Positions 45,068 through 54,375 of a stretch of DNA of 64,000 nucleotides are shown here, piece by piece. The translations under genes were made by a program, and so were the position numbers. The notes beneath the pieces were generated by a model. The model saw only the letters and a list, made by a program, of their open reading frames with translations, was not told the DNA's origin and ran no database searches. Origin of the DNA: Candidatus Woesearchaeota archaeon (GTDB lineage Archaea; Nanobdellota; Nanobdellia; Pacearchaeales; GW2011-AR1); NCBI GenBank assembly GCA_964617015.1, contig CAZTVG010000002.1:13077-77076 (forward strand). The letters are read 5' to 3'. The stretch's first letter is position 1, and each line of letters opens with the position of its first letter.

Positions 45068-45205
45068 TTACATCCAGTATTTTACACTGGTGTAGCCCAT
45101 ATATGCTTTGTCTTCAACCAACCTAAGTCCTTCATAGGAATTTCCCTCTCCTAATCCAGACTCTTCTTCTGAAGAATCTCTTAAAGTTTCTTCTAGTCTT
45201 TCCAT
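45068..45205 (-). CDS. Unannotated 45-aa acidic peptide, candidate precursor peptide
   Basis: MERLEETLRDSSEEESGLGEGNSYEGLRLVEDKAYMGYTSVKYWM. GGAG sits 7 nt upstream of the ATG. The stop is 2 nt before the ATG of the next gene. It is below the 60-aa cut-off of the ORF track. Confidence 0.5.
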   Translation of the reverse strand: MERLEETLRDSSEEESGLGEGNSYEGLRLVEDKAYMGYTSVKYWM

Positions 45206-45362
45206 ATTAGTCTCCAGATTCCACAATATTTAAGTTTTTCGATAATAAACAGACATATGCATTAACCAATAAAGTCACAGTTATTGCACAATCTAAATTA
45301 TTAATATACTCAAGAAAAGAACAATATTTATAAAATATATTTATAACTGCATTATAAGATAA

Positions 45363-47108
45363 ATGGAAAGAATAGAAATACCTCTTGGCTATGTAAGTGA
45401 AATGTCAGCAGGTAGCTTTACCGAGCCTTATTCGTTCTTACAGGCTGCAGAACGCGCCCAAGACATAGGCTCAAGGCTGATGTCAAACACAGAATATCAA
45501 AGCGCAATCAATTATTTTGAAAAGCGTCTTCCTGACGAATCAGCGCTGGAGGCGCTTTCCAGCCTTTACGGAAACAATTTCGGAAGTCCTGGATACGCAG
45601 GTGCAAGGACAATGACTGGGACAATCATTGAAAAAAACGGAACAGTTACAGATGTAGATGGTGTATTTGGGAAATATCTCTACGGTTCAAAACAATACTA
45701 TGGTAAGCAACTTGCAGATTTGCTCAGTCTCGCAAGGCAGATGCAGGAAAGAGGGAGAATTTCTTACATAAAAGAATTTGATGAAAGCACAGGTCTGCCT
45801 GTCGCTATAAGCAGCGAGCCTAATCTTAAATACCACAACGCAGTTTTCTATGTCTCGCCTTCTGTGAAAGAAACAGGCGTTGTCGTGCGTGGAATACATC
45901 ATTCTGTGGGAGAGCCATGTGTGAAATACAACGTCGCAATTCTTCCTCTTGATTACAGGGACATCATGCTAGGTCACAGGACAGTTAGCGATACAAACAG
46001 GGCAAAGCTTGGAATGATAACAGGTGTAGCAGGTGCTCTGATTTACGAGCTTGCAGACAAAACAATTCGTGGCAGGATTTCTACAAAGCAAGCTGTGAAA
46101 AGGATTACTTCTTACGTTTCTGACAAGAAAATGAACAGGCGTACATTCAACTCTGCGCTTGCTTTATTCTCTCTTTATTTAGCAGGTTGCGGCGGAGGCA
46201 CAAATCCATCTCCATCACCCTCTCCTTCACCACCTCCGCCTTCACCACCTCCGCCACAAACATTTACGTATTCTGGCAGCATTTTGAAAAGAATCGCCAA
46301 TGACAATTCAAAAATAGGGCAGGGTGTTGTAAGGTTAGAAGGCATTCCTGGAACATTCACAGGAAATATAGATTCCGCAGGCAACTTCAGCATAAATGGT
46401 GTAAAGTCAGGAACATACAAAAGAACAACAAGTGACGGAGCAGGTGATTCTGTCTATGTTCCTCAGGTAGAATCTGTTGTCCAGATAAACGGCAATATTA
46501 CAGGACAGGATTATTCTGTCATAGAGAGGGGGGCGAACAGATTTGGTCAAGAATTTAATCAGTTGTTCCAAGAGTTCTATTCAAAAATAGGGTTGGGTTT
46601 AACTGGATCTGCTGGGCTATTCAAATGGGGTAATTTAGTAGGGCAAACGCCTTTGAAAATAAGGAGTGCGGCTTCGACAATTCCTGATAATATAGAAAGT
46701 CGATTCATGAACGATGTTAATTTTGTAAATAATAGAGACACCCCTACATTTTCTGGTGGAAGAATTGTGTCTTTGCCTGTTGAATTCGGAGAAACAGCAT
46801 CAGACTATGAGATAGAAATGTCAATGCACGATGAACCAGGAAGCTTTAGAGTAAATTTCCCCTTAACAGACGGCACAAGAATAATAAGAGCAAGAGCACT
46901 ATTCGATTTTTCCGCCGGTTCTCCAGACATATGGATTATTTCACACGAATATGGTCATTGCTACGGTGCTGCAGATTTCAAAGATGACAATTTTATAAGC
47001 ATAATGAATAGCATAACGGTTCCTACTATTAACGACGTGTTGGCTTTCTATCTTTTTAATCATCCAGACGTTAAACCAGGCAACAAAGCTCCAGATATCA
47101 ATCCGTGA
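45363..47108 (+). CDS. Membrane- or lipid-anchored zinc metalloprotease with a CarboxypepD_reg-like domain and an unusual 256-aa N-terminal domain
   Basis: Internal MNRRTFNSALALFSLYLAGC (from nt 46131; Cys at 46188-46190), then a Pro/Ser linker PSPSPSPSPPPPSPPPP, then a beta-sandwich-like segment (GVVRLEGIPGTFTGNIDSAGNFSINGVKSGTY) and HEYGH (46944-46958). Confidence 0.65.
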   Translation: MERIEIPLGYVSEMSAGSFTEPYSFLQAAERAQDIGSRLMSNTEYQSAINYFEKRLPDESALEALSSLYGNNFGSPGYAGARTMTGTIIEKNGTVTDVDGVFGKYLYGSKQYYGKQLADLLSLARQMQERGRISYIKEFDESTGLPVAISSEPNLKYHNAVFYVSPSVKETGVVVRGIHHSVGEPCVKYNVAILPLDYRDIMLGHRTVSDTNRAKLGMITGVAGALIYELADKTIRGRISTKQAVKRITSYVSDKKMNRRTFNSALALFSLYLAGCGGGTNPSPSPSPSPPPPSPPPPQTFTYSGSILKRIANDNSKIGQGVVRLEGIPGTFTGNIDSAGNFSINGVKSGTYKRTTSDGAGDSVYVPQVESVVQINGNITGQDYSVIERGANRFGQEFNQLFQEFYSKIGLGLTGSAGLFKWGNLVGQTPLKIRSAASTIPDNIESRFMNDVNFVNNRDTPTFSGGRIVSLPVEFGETASDYEIEMSMHDEPGSFRVNFPLTDGTRIIRARALFDFSAGSPDIWIISHEYGHCYGAADFKDDNFISIMNSITVPTINDVLAFYLFNHPDVKPGNKAPDINP

Positions 47109-47194
47109 TTTCTTTTTATACAAGATGCACAATTAATTCTTATACTAAAAAAGAAGAATATTTATAAGATGTATTTGATTATGGAATATATAAA

Positions 47195-49807
47195 ATGGGG
47201 TCAAAACAGTCAGCAGTATTTTCGGGTTTAATAATTTTCTTGGCAGTTATTCTATCGTTAACTTTCATTGGATTTTTCTCTGGCGAGTCTTCGGCAGCCA
47301 TTTTAAACGGAAACGGCGAGTGCATAGGTCGCGAATGCCCAATAGAATGCGGGCCAGGAGAATTTGTGTGCCAGGGAGGTATTCTTGACAGCGGAGTGTG
47401 CTGCATAGCTGACGAGGAAATTTGCACATTTGATGATCTTAACGGCAATTTATTTGGACGGTGTGATGACAATTTACCTAATGGAAATTTTATTGATGTG
47501 ACACATACTGCATCTTGTTCCATCTTTGTACCTAGTGGTGGTTGGTGCGGCGGCTCATGCAAGGAAACTATTGAGATACTGCCGGATGCGTGCACAAAAA
47601 AAATCACCCTGACCAGCGTCACTCTCGATGACGACGGTGAGACAGCTGCCAATGGAAATGTTCTTGTGAGTGACTACTCTTGTACTTGCAGGTCTGGTTC
47701 CATACCATTGGGTTCATGTGCTTTATTCCCAAACAGCCCTGACGGTACATGCTCAGGAGGAACAACATGTGGGTCAAAGACTGGTAGTGGGTGTGCAAGC
47801 ACTGGGAGTTACAACACAAATGTGCCTTTCACCCGCGGCACACAGCTATCTGCATATGTTTATGCACTAGACAACTGAAAGTCGCGAAGTTCAGGCAATT
47901 GGGGTGGAGGCAATACAGTCTATACAGAGAGGCGTGCGCAATGCGATTCTGGTTACAAGTGTGATGCATCTACAGGAAGTCCGCAATGCATACTTGCGAC
48001 CTGCGGCAACGGCGTCTGCGATGCTGGGGAAGATACTGCATGCCCTGGAGACTGCCAAATAATATGTGGTAATGGTGCAATTGAAGGAACCGAAAAATGT
48101 GACGGCACGAATCTTGGCGGAGAGACATGTCAGTCATTGGGCTTTACAAGTGGAACACTTGGATGTTTTTCTCCAGGAAGTGCAAATGAATGTACATTTG
48201 ATACAACTGGATGCTCTGCAGTCTTAAATAATCCTAAGGGCAATCACGATACATCAGACTGTACATCAAGTGTGGGGTGGACATGCGACGCTGATGATTA
48301 CACCCAGGCATTAAATGTAGAGCTTTACGCAGACGGCTTAAAAGGAAGTGGTGGTGTTTTAATAGCTTCTGTGCTTGCTGACATAACAAGGGAGCAGGCA
48401 GTTGCTAACCAATGCGGCGGCAATCCAAGCCATGGTTTCTTGTTTAATAGTACTCCTGACAATCTTAAAGATGGGTTAGATCATTCAATTTATGCTTATG
48501 GGATTAACACAGGCTTAGGTGATGATACTTTGCTTTCAAATTCGCCACAAACAATTAATTGTGCACCTCCATTAAAACCCCCAACCTGTACTTTTAATAG
48601 TGCTTCGTGGAGCACTTCTCAAACAGATAGTGGAAATAATGTTGTCTTGACAATTCAGGGAACAGACTGTGATTCAGAATCTGTGGATTTTTTCATTGCA
48701 GAAGTTGACTGTGTTGGTATTTGTAATTTCGGAGACATTGATTCACAAGATACAGCAAAGTTAAACATTAGCTGGATAAGAGGCAGTTTTTCAGGAAATC
48801 AGTCTTCTGTTTCATGGGTTGCTGAATGGATAAAAGATGAAAATAATTGTATTCTTGGTGTTTGCGGCGATGATGATCCTGAATATGTCTTCGAAGCAGA
48901 ATTAGTAAACAACCAGAGTGTAAACATAGATCAAAGCGGAGAACTGAAAGTTAATTTTGTTTCTCCGCCAGAATGCAGCGTGATAACTATATGCAATGAA
49001 TATACAAGTCAGAATTCATGTAATCTTGATGATTGCAATGTGGCTGAAGCCAGTATTCCAGGTGATATAGATTGCAATGATCCTAATATTGATTGTAGTG
49101 GTTGTTTCTGGAATTCTACAGGTAATAAATGTGATGCCAACTGGAATGCAACTAGTACTGGTTTTTGTGGTGATGGCATAATAGATCCGGGGGAGCAGTG
49201 TGATGGTAGTAACTGGGGAGATACTATAACTAGCTGTAGTGATTTCGGCCTTACTGACGGAAGCTTAAGCTGTAATTCCAATTGCCAGTTTGATACATCC
49301 CAGTGTATTGGAACTGCTGGTGAGTGTGGTGACAACACAATAAACCCTGGCGAGACTTGTGATGGTGATGACCCTGGACAAGGTGGTGATGGTGACTGGG
49401 GACTTATATCAAGCTGTAGTGACTTTACGCTTATTGATGGAAGCTTAAATTGCAATGCTGCCGGAACTACAGATGAATGTCAGTTTGATACCTTGCAATG
49501 TACAGGCGGACAAGGAATTTCTAAAATAGGCCAGTGTAAATACACTGCACAGACAAGCGATACCTGTGAAGACGACGGTTTCTTGACTTTCTCATGGACA
49601 GCTAGCTGGACATGGGATCCTGAATGTGATGCCACATGCCAAGCCCAAGCAGCAAACCAGGATAAGGCAGCACAATGTAGAGACGGGCAAAAGACTGTTG
49701 AGTGTCCTGCACAAATTCTCCTTCCTTTTTTCGGATTTTACAATATAATTGTTGTTTTGATAATGGTTTCACTGATTTATATGATTATGTCTACGAGAAA
49801 GAAATAA
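47195..49807 (+). pseudogene. Cys-rich secreted, C-terminally anchored surface protein. The single 870-codon frame is interrupted by one in-frame TGA (47876-47878)
   Basis: ORFs 47195-47878 and 48137-49807 share a frame. I translated 47879-48136 and found no stop (KSRSSGNWGGGNTVYTERRAQCDSGYKCD...CGNGVCDAGEDTACPGDCQIICGNGAIEGTEKCDG...). The N-terminus has a signal peptide (VFSGLIIFLAVILSLTFIGFFSGESSA). The C-terminus has a TM anchor plus RKK. The downstream part has no in-frame ATG until its last 20 codons. Confidence 0.6.
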
Positions 49808-50171
49808 ACTTAATAAGAAATGACATTTTTAGCTGTTAATTTAACAATTATGTTTAAGAGTTTTATTAATCAAACCAGAATTATCACAGGCTGTCTAATA
49901 ATCAATTAATTTCATTAATTTACTGGATTTTGTCTGTGAAAAAAATAGACTAGTATTGGAGTGATATTTTGGAAGTTACTATTAATTTGAAAGAAGACTG
50001 AAATATTTTATTATATTATGATTAATTATTTTCGGATTTTAGGTTTTATTTGATTATCTAACTATATGAAATTTAACAGATTTCACCAGAGCCAAAAAGA
50101 TGACTTTTTAAGGGTTCAGTATGAATAGAAGAATATTTATAAATATCTTTTAACTTTTTAAGAAGTAAAAG

Positions 50172-52805
50172 ATGGTGGAAAACATAAGATATTTTGCAAT
50201 ATTTTTGACAGTAGTTTTGTTCGCAAGCATGGCTTCTTCAATTTTTTCAGCAGGAAATCCGGACCATTTTATAGAAAATGTGTATGGTCCTTCTGAAAGT
50301 ATCAGGGGATGGATAAATATAAGCCTTACCGATGAATCAACAAACTCGCTTTTTGAAGATTCAAGGGGGAATTCGATAAAATTAATTGAGCTTTTAAAGA
50401 AAGACAGCAGTTATAATCCCTCCTGTAACCCTGTTGATTGTTTAACAGATTATACCGCCAGCAGCGGAGAAAACTCAAAAACATTTAGTTTAAATCTTGG
50501 TAGTTCAAAAGTATTTGGGTTAAGATTTACAGGAAATCTTGTTGCAGTAAATTCCGCAAGTTTCAGCCTTCAAAGTGATGCTCCTGTAACATGTGTAAGC
50601 CAGATAGAAATAGACATCCTTGATGACGGGAATATTGATTTTATAAACAACAAAATTGCCGCAGGAGGTGGTTGTTCTAATCTGAAAAATGATGGATGTT
50701 ATAATGCTCTGGAAGATAAAGAAGAGTATATCATGACAAGTCTTCCTTACTGCCAGAAGATGAATCTTTCAGAATCTCCTGGATTTTACCTTGGCGCATG
50801 GGTAAAAAATGTCACAGGTTCTTTAAATCTTGAAATGCGGCTTTATGATGATAAAGGTAATGAAATTCAGAATGCAAACTGTGCTTTACCTAATCCAACA
50901 AATTCAGGAGGAGAAGTTTCATGCCGTGTTAATTATCCTGTTTTAGAATCCAGAGAGCATTATGTTTGTATTTCTTCCACCGGAGGAACAGGAGAATATA
51001 GAATCAGGGGAAATTCAAATCCTTCTGAAGGGTGTGGTTTTTTTGGTTTTCCTCCTCCATCAAACACCCCTGCAGCCTATGAGATTTTTGCAGAAGGCAT
51101 GAAATTTGATAGTGTGGGAACTATACAAATTCCAAATACTTTTCCTAATGGAAATACATTCGGAGCTCTTGTTCAGGATTATATCTTGGAGAGATATGGC
51201 AGCCTTGACTGCTCAGCAGGATGTGTTGTTCCGATAAGATTTATTTCAGGAATAAACCAGCAAATAACAATAAACAATCTAGCTTTAAACTATGAAAAAA
51301 CTACAGGTATTGTGACAGATGATAAATTTTATGATTTAGCAGAAATTCCTGCAAAGGTAAACTCTGATTTTCAAAAAATTTATCTGGATGAGGGTGGATT
51401 TTCTGTGCCTGATGACTTTGGTACATATGAGTTTTCCTTAAGCCTGGACGGAACAGAAATTTTTTCAGAGGAAGTAAATGTTAAAGACATTCCCAAGATT
51501 TTGTCTTTGATCCCTATATCAACAGCCTCTGCATTCCCCACAGAATTTAAGGTTGGGGTAAGTTCTCCTGCAAGAATAAAAAAATATTTCTGGGATTTCG
51601 GAGATGGGGATGTTGATGTAACAACAACAAATGAAGTAACTCACACCTACTCTTCTGTAGGACAGTATGAACTGGCAGTGACTGTGACAGACTTAAGAGA
51701 ATTAACCTCCTCAAAAACTTTCAGTGTTAGTGTAAGCTCCCCAAAAAACCTGATAAATATAACTCTGGATAAAATGAAGAATAACATTGATAACATAAAA
51801 ATTTATATTATTGATCTGGATTTGTTTGCTCAGGAAAGCCTGAACTCTATTCTTAATATTGATTTTACTGAAGAAGAACTGAAAAGACTTGAAGCGGCAT
51901 ACAATAATGCGACAGGCGATGCAGAATATAACCAAATTATAACAGACCTGCTGAAATTAAATGTTCCTGCATCACTTACAGAAAGCACTAGTGCGGAGTC
52001 TGTTTCTTTCTTCCCTGACAGAGAAAACATAAATCTGGATATTCTCCAAATTATTGGTGGTGGAAGCTATGACTCAAGCAGAACAGAAGATTATGTTAAT
52101 GGGGTAATGCTGTGGAATCATGAAAATATTGAAACTAAAATGGATTTTAGTGAATTTTCAGGGGTGTATGAGACTTCTGTGGATTCGATTTTGAAAGTTT
52201 TTAAAATAACCATAAATGAGAAAAAAGATATTGGGGAGAGTTATTTTTTGATTTTACCCAAACTTGAAAACCTTGAATTTGAATCTTCAGTGATTAGTGT
52301 TGAAGAGGGAAATTATGTTTATGTGGACCTGGGAAGAAGTCAAAAAGTTTCATTCTTTACAACAGAAGATATTGATTTTACAAATCTTCCGGCATTTATA
52401 TCCCCTGGATTAAGCGGACTATCACTAATTGATATAGTTCCTCCAGAAGATACAGGAAAATCAAACCTGACAATATTTATTTTAGCCATCTCTTTACTGA
52501 TTATTGTCGCATTTATTTCCTACGTGGTTCTTCAGGAATGGTACAAAAAGAAATATGAAAATTACTTATTCAAAAATAAAAATGACCTTTACAATATGGT
52601 TAATTATGTCAATAATTCAAAAAAAAGAGGGCTTAAAAATAAAGAAATTGCGGATAATCTTAAAAAAGCCAAGTGGAGTTCTGAGCAGGTCAAGTATGTT
52701 ATGAAAAAATATGCGGGAAAGCGGACAGGAATGTTTGAACTTCCCTTAACAAAGTTGATGAATAAGGTAAAAAAGAGAAGCGATTTTTATAAAACAAGAT
52801 ACTGA
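50172..52805 (+). CDS. Large surface protein with a PKD domain, a C-terminal TM helix and a basic cytoplasmic tail
   Basis: Signal/anchor YFAIFLTVVLFASMASSIFSAG. PKD signature YFWDFGDGD...THTYSSVGQYELAVTVTD. TM LTIFILAISLLIIVAFISYVVL, followed by an ~85-aa Lys-rich tail. Confidence 0.7.
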   Translation: MVENIRYFAIFLTVVLFASMASSIFSAGNPDHFIENVYGPSESIRGWINISLTDESTNSLFEDSRGNSIKLIELLKKDSSYNPSCNPVDCLTDYTASSGENSKTFSLNLGSSKVFGLRFTGNLVAVNSASFSLQSDAPVTCVSQIEIDILDDGNIDFINNKIAAGGGCSNLKNDGCYNALEDKEEYIMTSLPYCQKMNLSESPGFYLGAWVKNVTGSLNLEMRLYDDKGNEIQNANCALPNPTNSGGEVSCRVNYPVLESREHYVCISSTGGTGEYRIRGNSNPSEGCGFFGFPPPSNTPAAYEIFAEGMKFDSVGTIQIPNTFPNGNTFGALVQDYILERYGSLDCSAGCVVPIRFISGINQQITINNLALNYEKTTGIVTDDKFYDLAEIPAKVNSDFQKIYLDEGGFSVPDDFGTYEFSLSLDGTEIFSEEVNVKDIPKILSLIPISTASAFPTEFKVGVSSPARIKKYFWDFGDGDVDVTTTNEVTHTYSSVGQYELAVTVTDLRELTSSKTFSVSVSSPKNLINITLDKMKNNIDNIKIYIIDLDLFAQESLNSILNIDFTEEELKRLEAAYNNATGDAEYNQIITDLLKLNVPASLTESTSAESVSFFPDRENINLDILQIIGGGSYDSSRTEDYVNGVMLWNHENIETKMDFSEFSGVYETSVDSILKVFKITINEKKDIGESYFLILPKLENLEFESSVISVEEGNYVYVDLGRSQKVSFFTTEDIDFTNLPAFISPGLSGLSLIDIVPPEDTGKSNLTIFILAISLLIIVAFISYVVLQEWYKKKYENYLFKNKNDLYNMVNYVNNSKKRGLKNKEIADNLKKAKWSSEQVKYVMKKYAGKRTGMFELPLTKLMNKVKKRSDFYKTRY

Positions 52806-52862
52806 GATTTTATTGTAAATAATCACACAAAAATTTAATAAGACCCATTAATAAGAATTAAC

Positions 52863-53504
52863 ATGGTGGCAAAGGCTCTTAAAAATTTTTTCAAGAAGAT
52901 TTTTTTAAATATATTCAGGCAAAAGAGGGAGTTGAAACTTGGTTTTTACGGACCTCCGAACGCTGGAAAGACAAGCCTGGCAAACAGAATATGCAAGGAT
53001 TTTACCGGTGAAGAGATTGGAAAAGTCAGCAAGATCCCTCATGAAACAAGGAATGTCCAGTTTAAAGAGAGAGTGAAGATAAGTTACAAGGGAAAAAATA
53101 TGACTTTTAAAGTAATAGATACTCCTGGAATTACCACAAAAATAGATTATGAGGATTTCTTAAAGTTTAAATTAAAGAAGAAAGATGCCAAAACAAGAGC
53201 AAAAGAGGCCACGCAGGGTGTTATCGAAAGCATAAAATGGCTGGATGATATGGATGTGGTCGTAATTGTGCTTGATGCCACACAAAACCCCTACAGCCAG
53301 GTTAACATCACAATCATAGGAAATCTTGTTGCAAGAAAAATTCCTGTTTTGATAGTTGCAAATAAAATTGACCTGAAAAAAGCTAACCTAAAAAAGGTGG
53401 AATCAGCATTTCCTGAATATGAGGTTATTGGAATAAGTGCCAGATATGGAAAAAATCTTGAAGAATTTTATGAGTCAATATTCAAGCTCGCGAAAAAAGT
53501 TTAA
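52863..53504 (+). CDS. Small GTP-binding protein
   Basis: G1 GPPNAGKTSLANRI, G3 DTPG and G4 ANKIDL in canonical order. 213 aa. Confidence 0.75.
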   Translation: MVAKALKNFFKKIFLNIFRQKRELKLGFYGPPNAGKTSLANRICKDFTGEEIGKVSKIPHETRNVQFKERVKISYKGKNMTFKVIDTPGITTKIDYEDFLKFKLKKKDAKTRAKEATQGVIESIKWLDDMDVVVIVLDATQNPYSQVNITIIGNLVARKIPVLIVANKIDLKKANLKKVESAFPEYEVIGISARYGKNLEEFYESIFKLAKKV

Positions 53505-53592
53505 GTAAAAATTAAAAAGTATATTTTCCAATATATATTATAATCTTTTCAAAAAAGATTAGACAAAACCTGAAAGAAAAAAGAGAAAAACG

Positions 53593-54003
53593 ATGGTGAA
53601 AAAAAAAGGTCTTGGCAAAGTCAAAGGGTTTTCCATACAGTTTTTACCTTATTCAGAAATAAAAGACCTAGACAGCACCAAAAGAATCAGGAAAATACTG
53701 AATATAATTCTTGGAAACAATATTCTTATACTTCAGGGAAGGCTTGAACCTGAAGAGGAAACAAGACTTATTGAAGATACTATGGCCATGATTGACCACG
53801 TGAAGAACTTCAAGGGAATAGAACTTGCCGTAATATCCGGAAACGGGAACAAAAAAGAGGGATTCTTTGGAAGATTCAGAAAGAATCTTGTAAATACCCT
53901 TGCAGGAGGAGATGTGGGAGCTGTGACAATTATAGGTCCTGCAACAATAGTCAAGGAAATAAAAAGAAATCCAAAAAAGATAGAATTGTTTTTGAACGGT
54001 TAA
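53593..54003 (+). CDS. Conserved archaeal protein of unknown function (DUF2073-like)
   Basis: 136 aa. ILILQGRLEPEEETRLIEDTMAMID matches my recollection of the DUF2073 family, which accompanies a small GTPase in archaea. Confidence 0.45.
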   Translation: MVKKKGLGKVKGFSIQFLPYSEIKDLDSTKRIRKILNIILGNNILILQGRLEPEEETRLIEDTMAMIDHVKNFKGIELAVISGNGNKKEGFFGRFRKNLVNTLAGGDVGAVTIIGPATIVKEIKRNPKKIELFLNG

Positions 54004-54162
54004 ATTTATTGATTATTTTAGATTAATAAAAAAATAATTTTATGACCAGCCTTAGAACGCCTTCCAATAATTAAATATCTATTTTTTATTTTATAAATAT
54101 TTACAAGCTATTAGTTAAAATTTATTAATAGAAACATTTATAACGTATACTTGTGTATACAG

Positions 54163-54375
54163 ATGTATATGGAAACTACAGTAAGGTTGTCTAATAATAT
54201 AAAGAAACAGCTTGACAGAATGAAATTGTTTGAAAGAGAGAGTTACAATGACGTTATTGGGGCTTTAATAGAAGACCATCTGGAGGTAAATGAGAGAACA
54301 AAGAAAGAATTAAGAATTGCTAGAAAGGAAAAGAGTTTTTCCCATAAGGAAGTTGAGAGAAGGCTGAAATTATAA
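54163..54375 (+). CDS. Ribbon-helix-helix antitoxin (RelB/CopG-like)
   Basis: METTVRLSNNIKKQLDRMKLFERESYNDVIGALIEDH is an RHH pattern. The stop overlaps the start of a RelE-like gene (ATAATG at 54372-54377). Confidence 0.65.
   Translation: MYMETTVRLSNNIKKQLDRMKLFERESYNDVIGALIEDHLEVNERTKKELRIARKEKSFSHKEVERRLKL

Noticed and set aside
43459-45205. Interpretation of the E1-like gene cluster as a ubiquitin-like (SAMP/Urm1) conjugation system
   Set aside because: The 45-aa peptide is too short for a beta-grasp fold and ends in ...KYWM rather than a Gly-Gly terminus. The E1-like protein carries an RRE-like N-domain rather than a rhodanese or JAB partner. A peptide-modification role fits better.
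47179-47652. 157-aa minus-strand ORF, plus similar antisense ORFs at 49009-49455, 32622-32984, 46175-46420 and 47619-47819
   Set aside because: All are antisense to G+C-rich, Cys/Gly-rich genes. Their products are Pro/Ser/His-rich with no start context. They are a compositional artefact.
47876-47878. Selenocysteine or genome-wide TGA reassignment as an explanation for the in-frame TGA
   Set aside because: TGA terminates several well-supported genes in this window (248-250, 16432-16434, 36820-36822, 40478-40480). The local context (LDN-TGA-KSR) is not a redox or Cys-pair site, and I saw no obvious SECIS-like hairpin. A pseudogene, a sequence variant or local read-through remains more likely.
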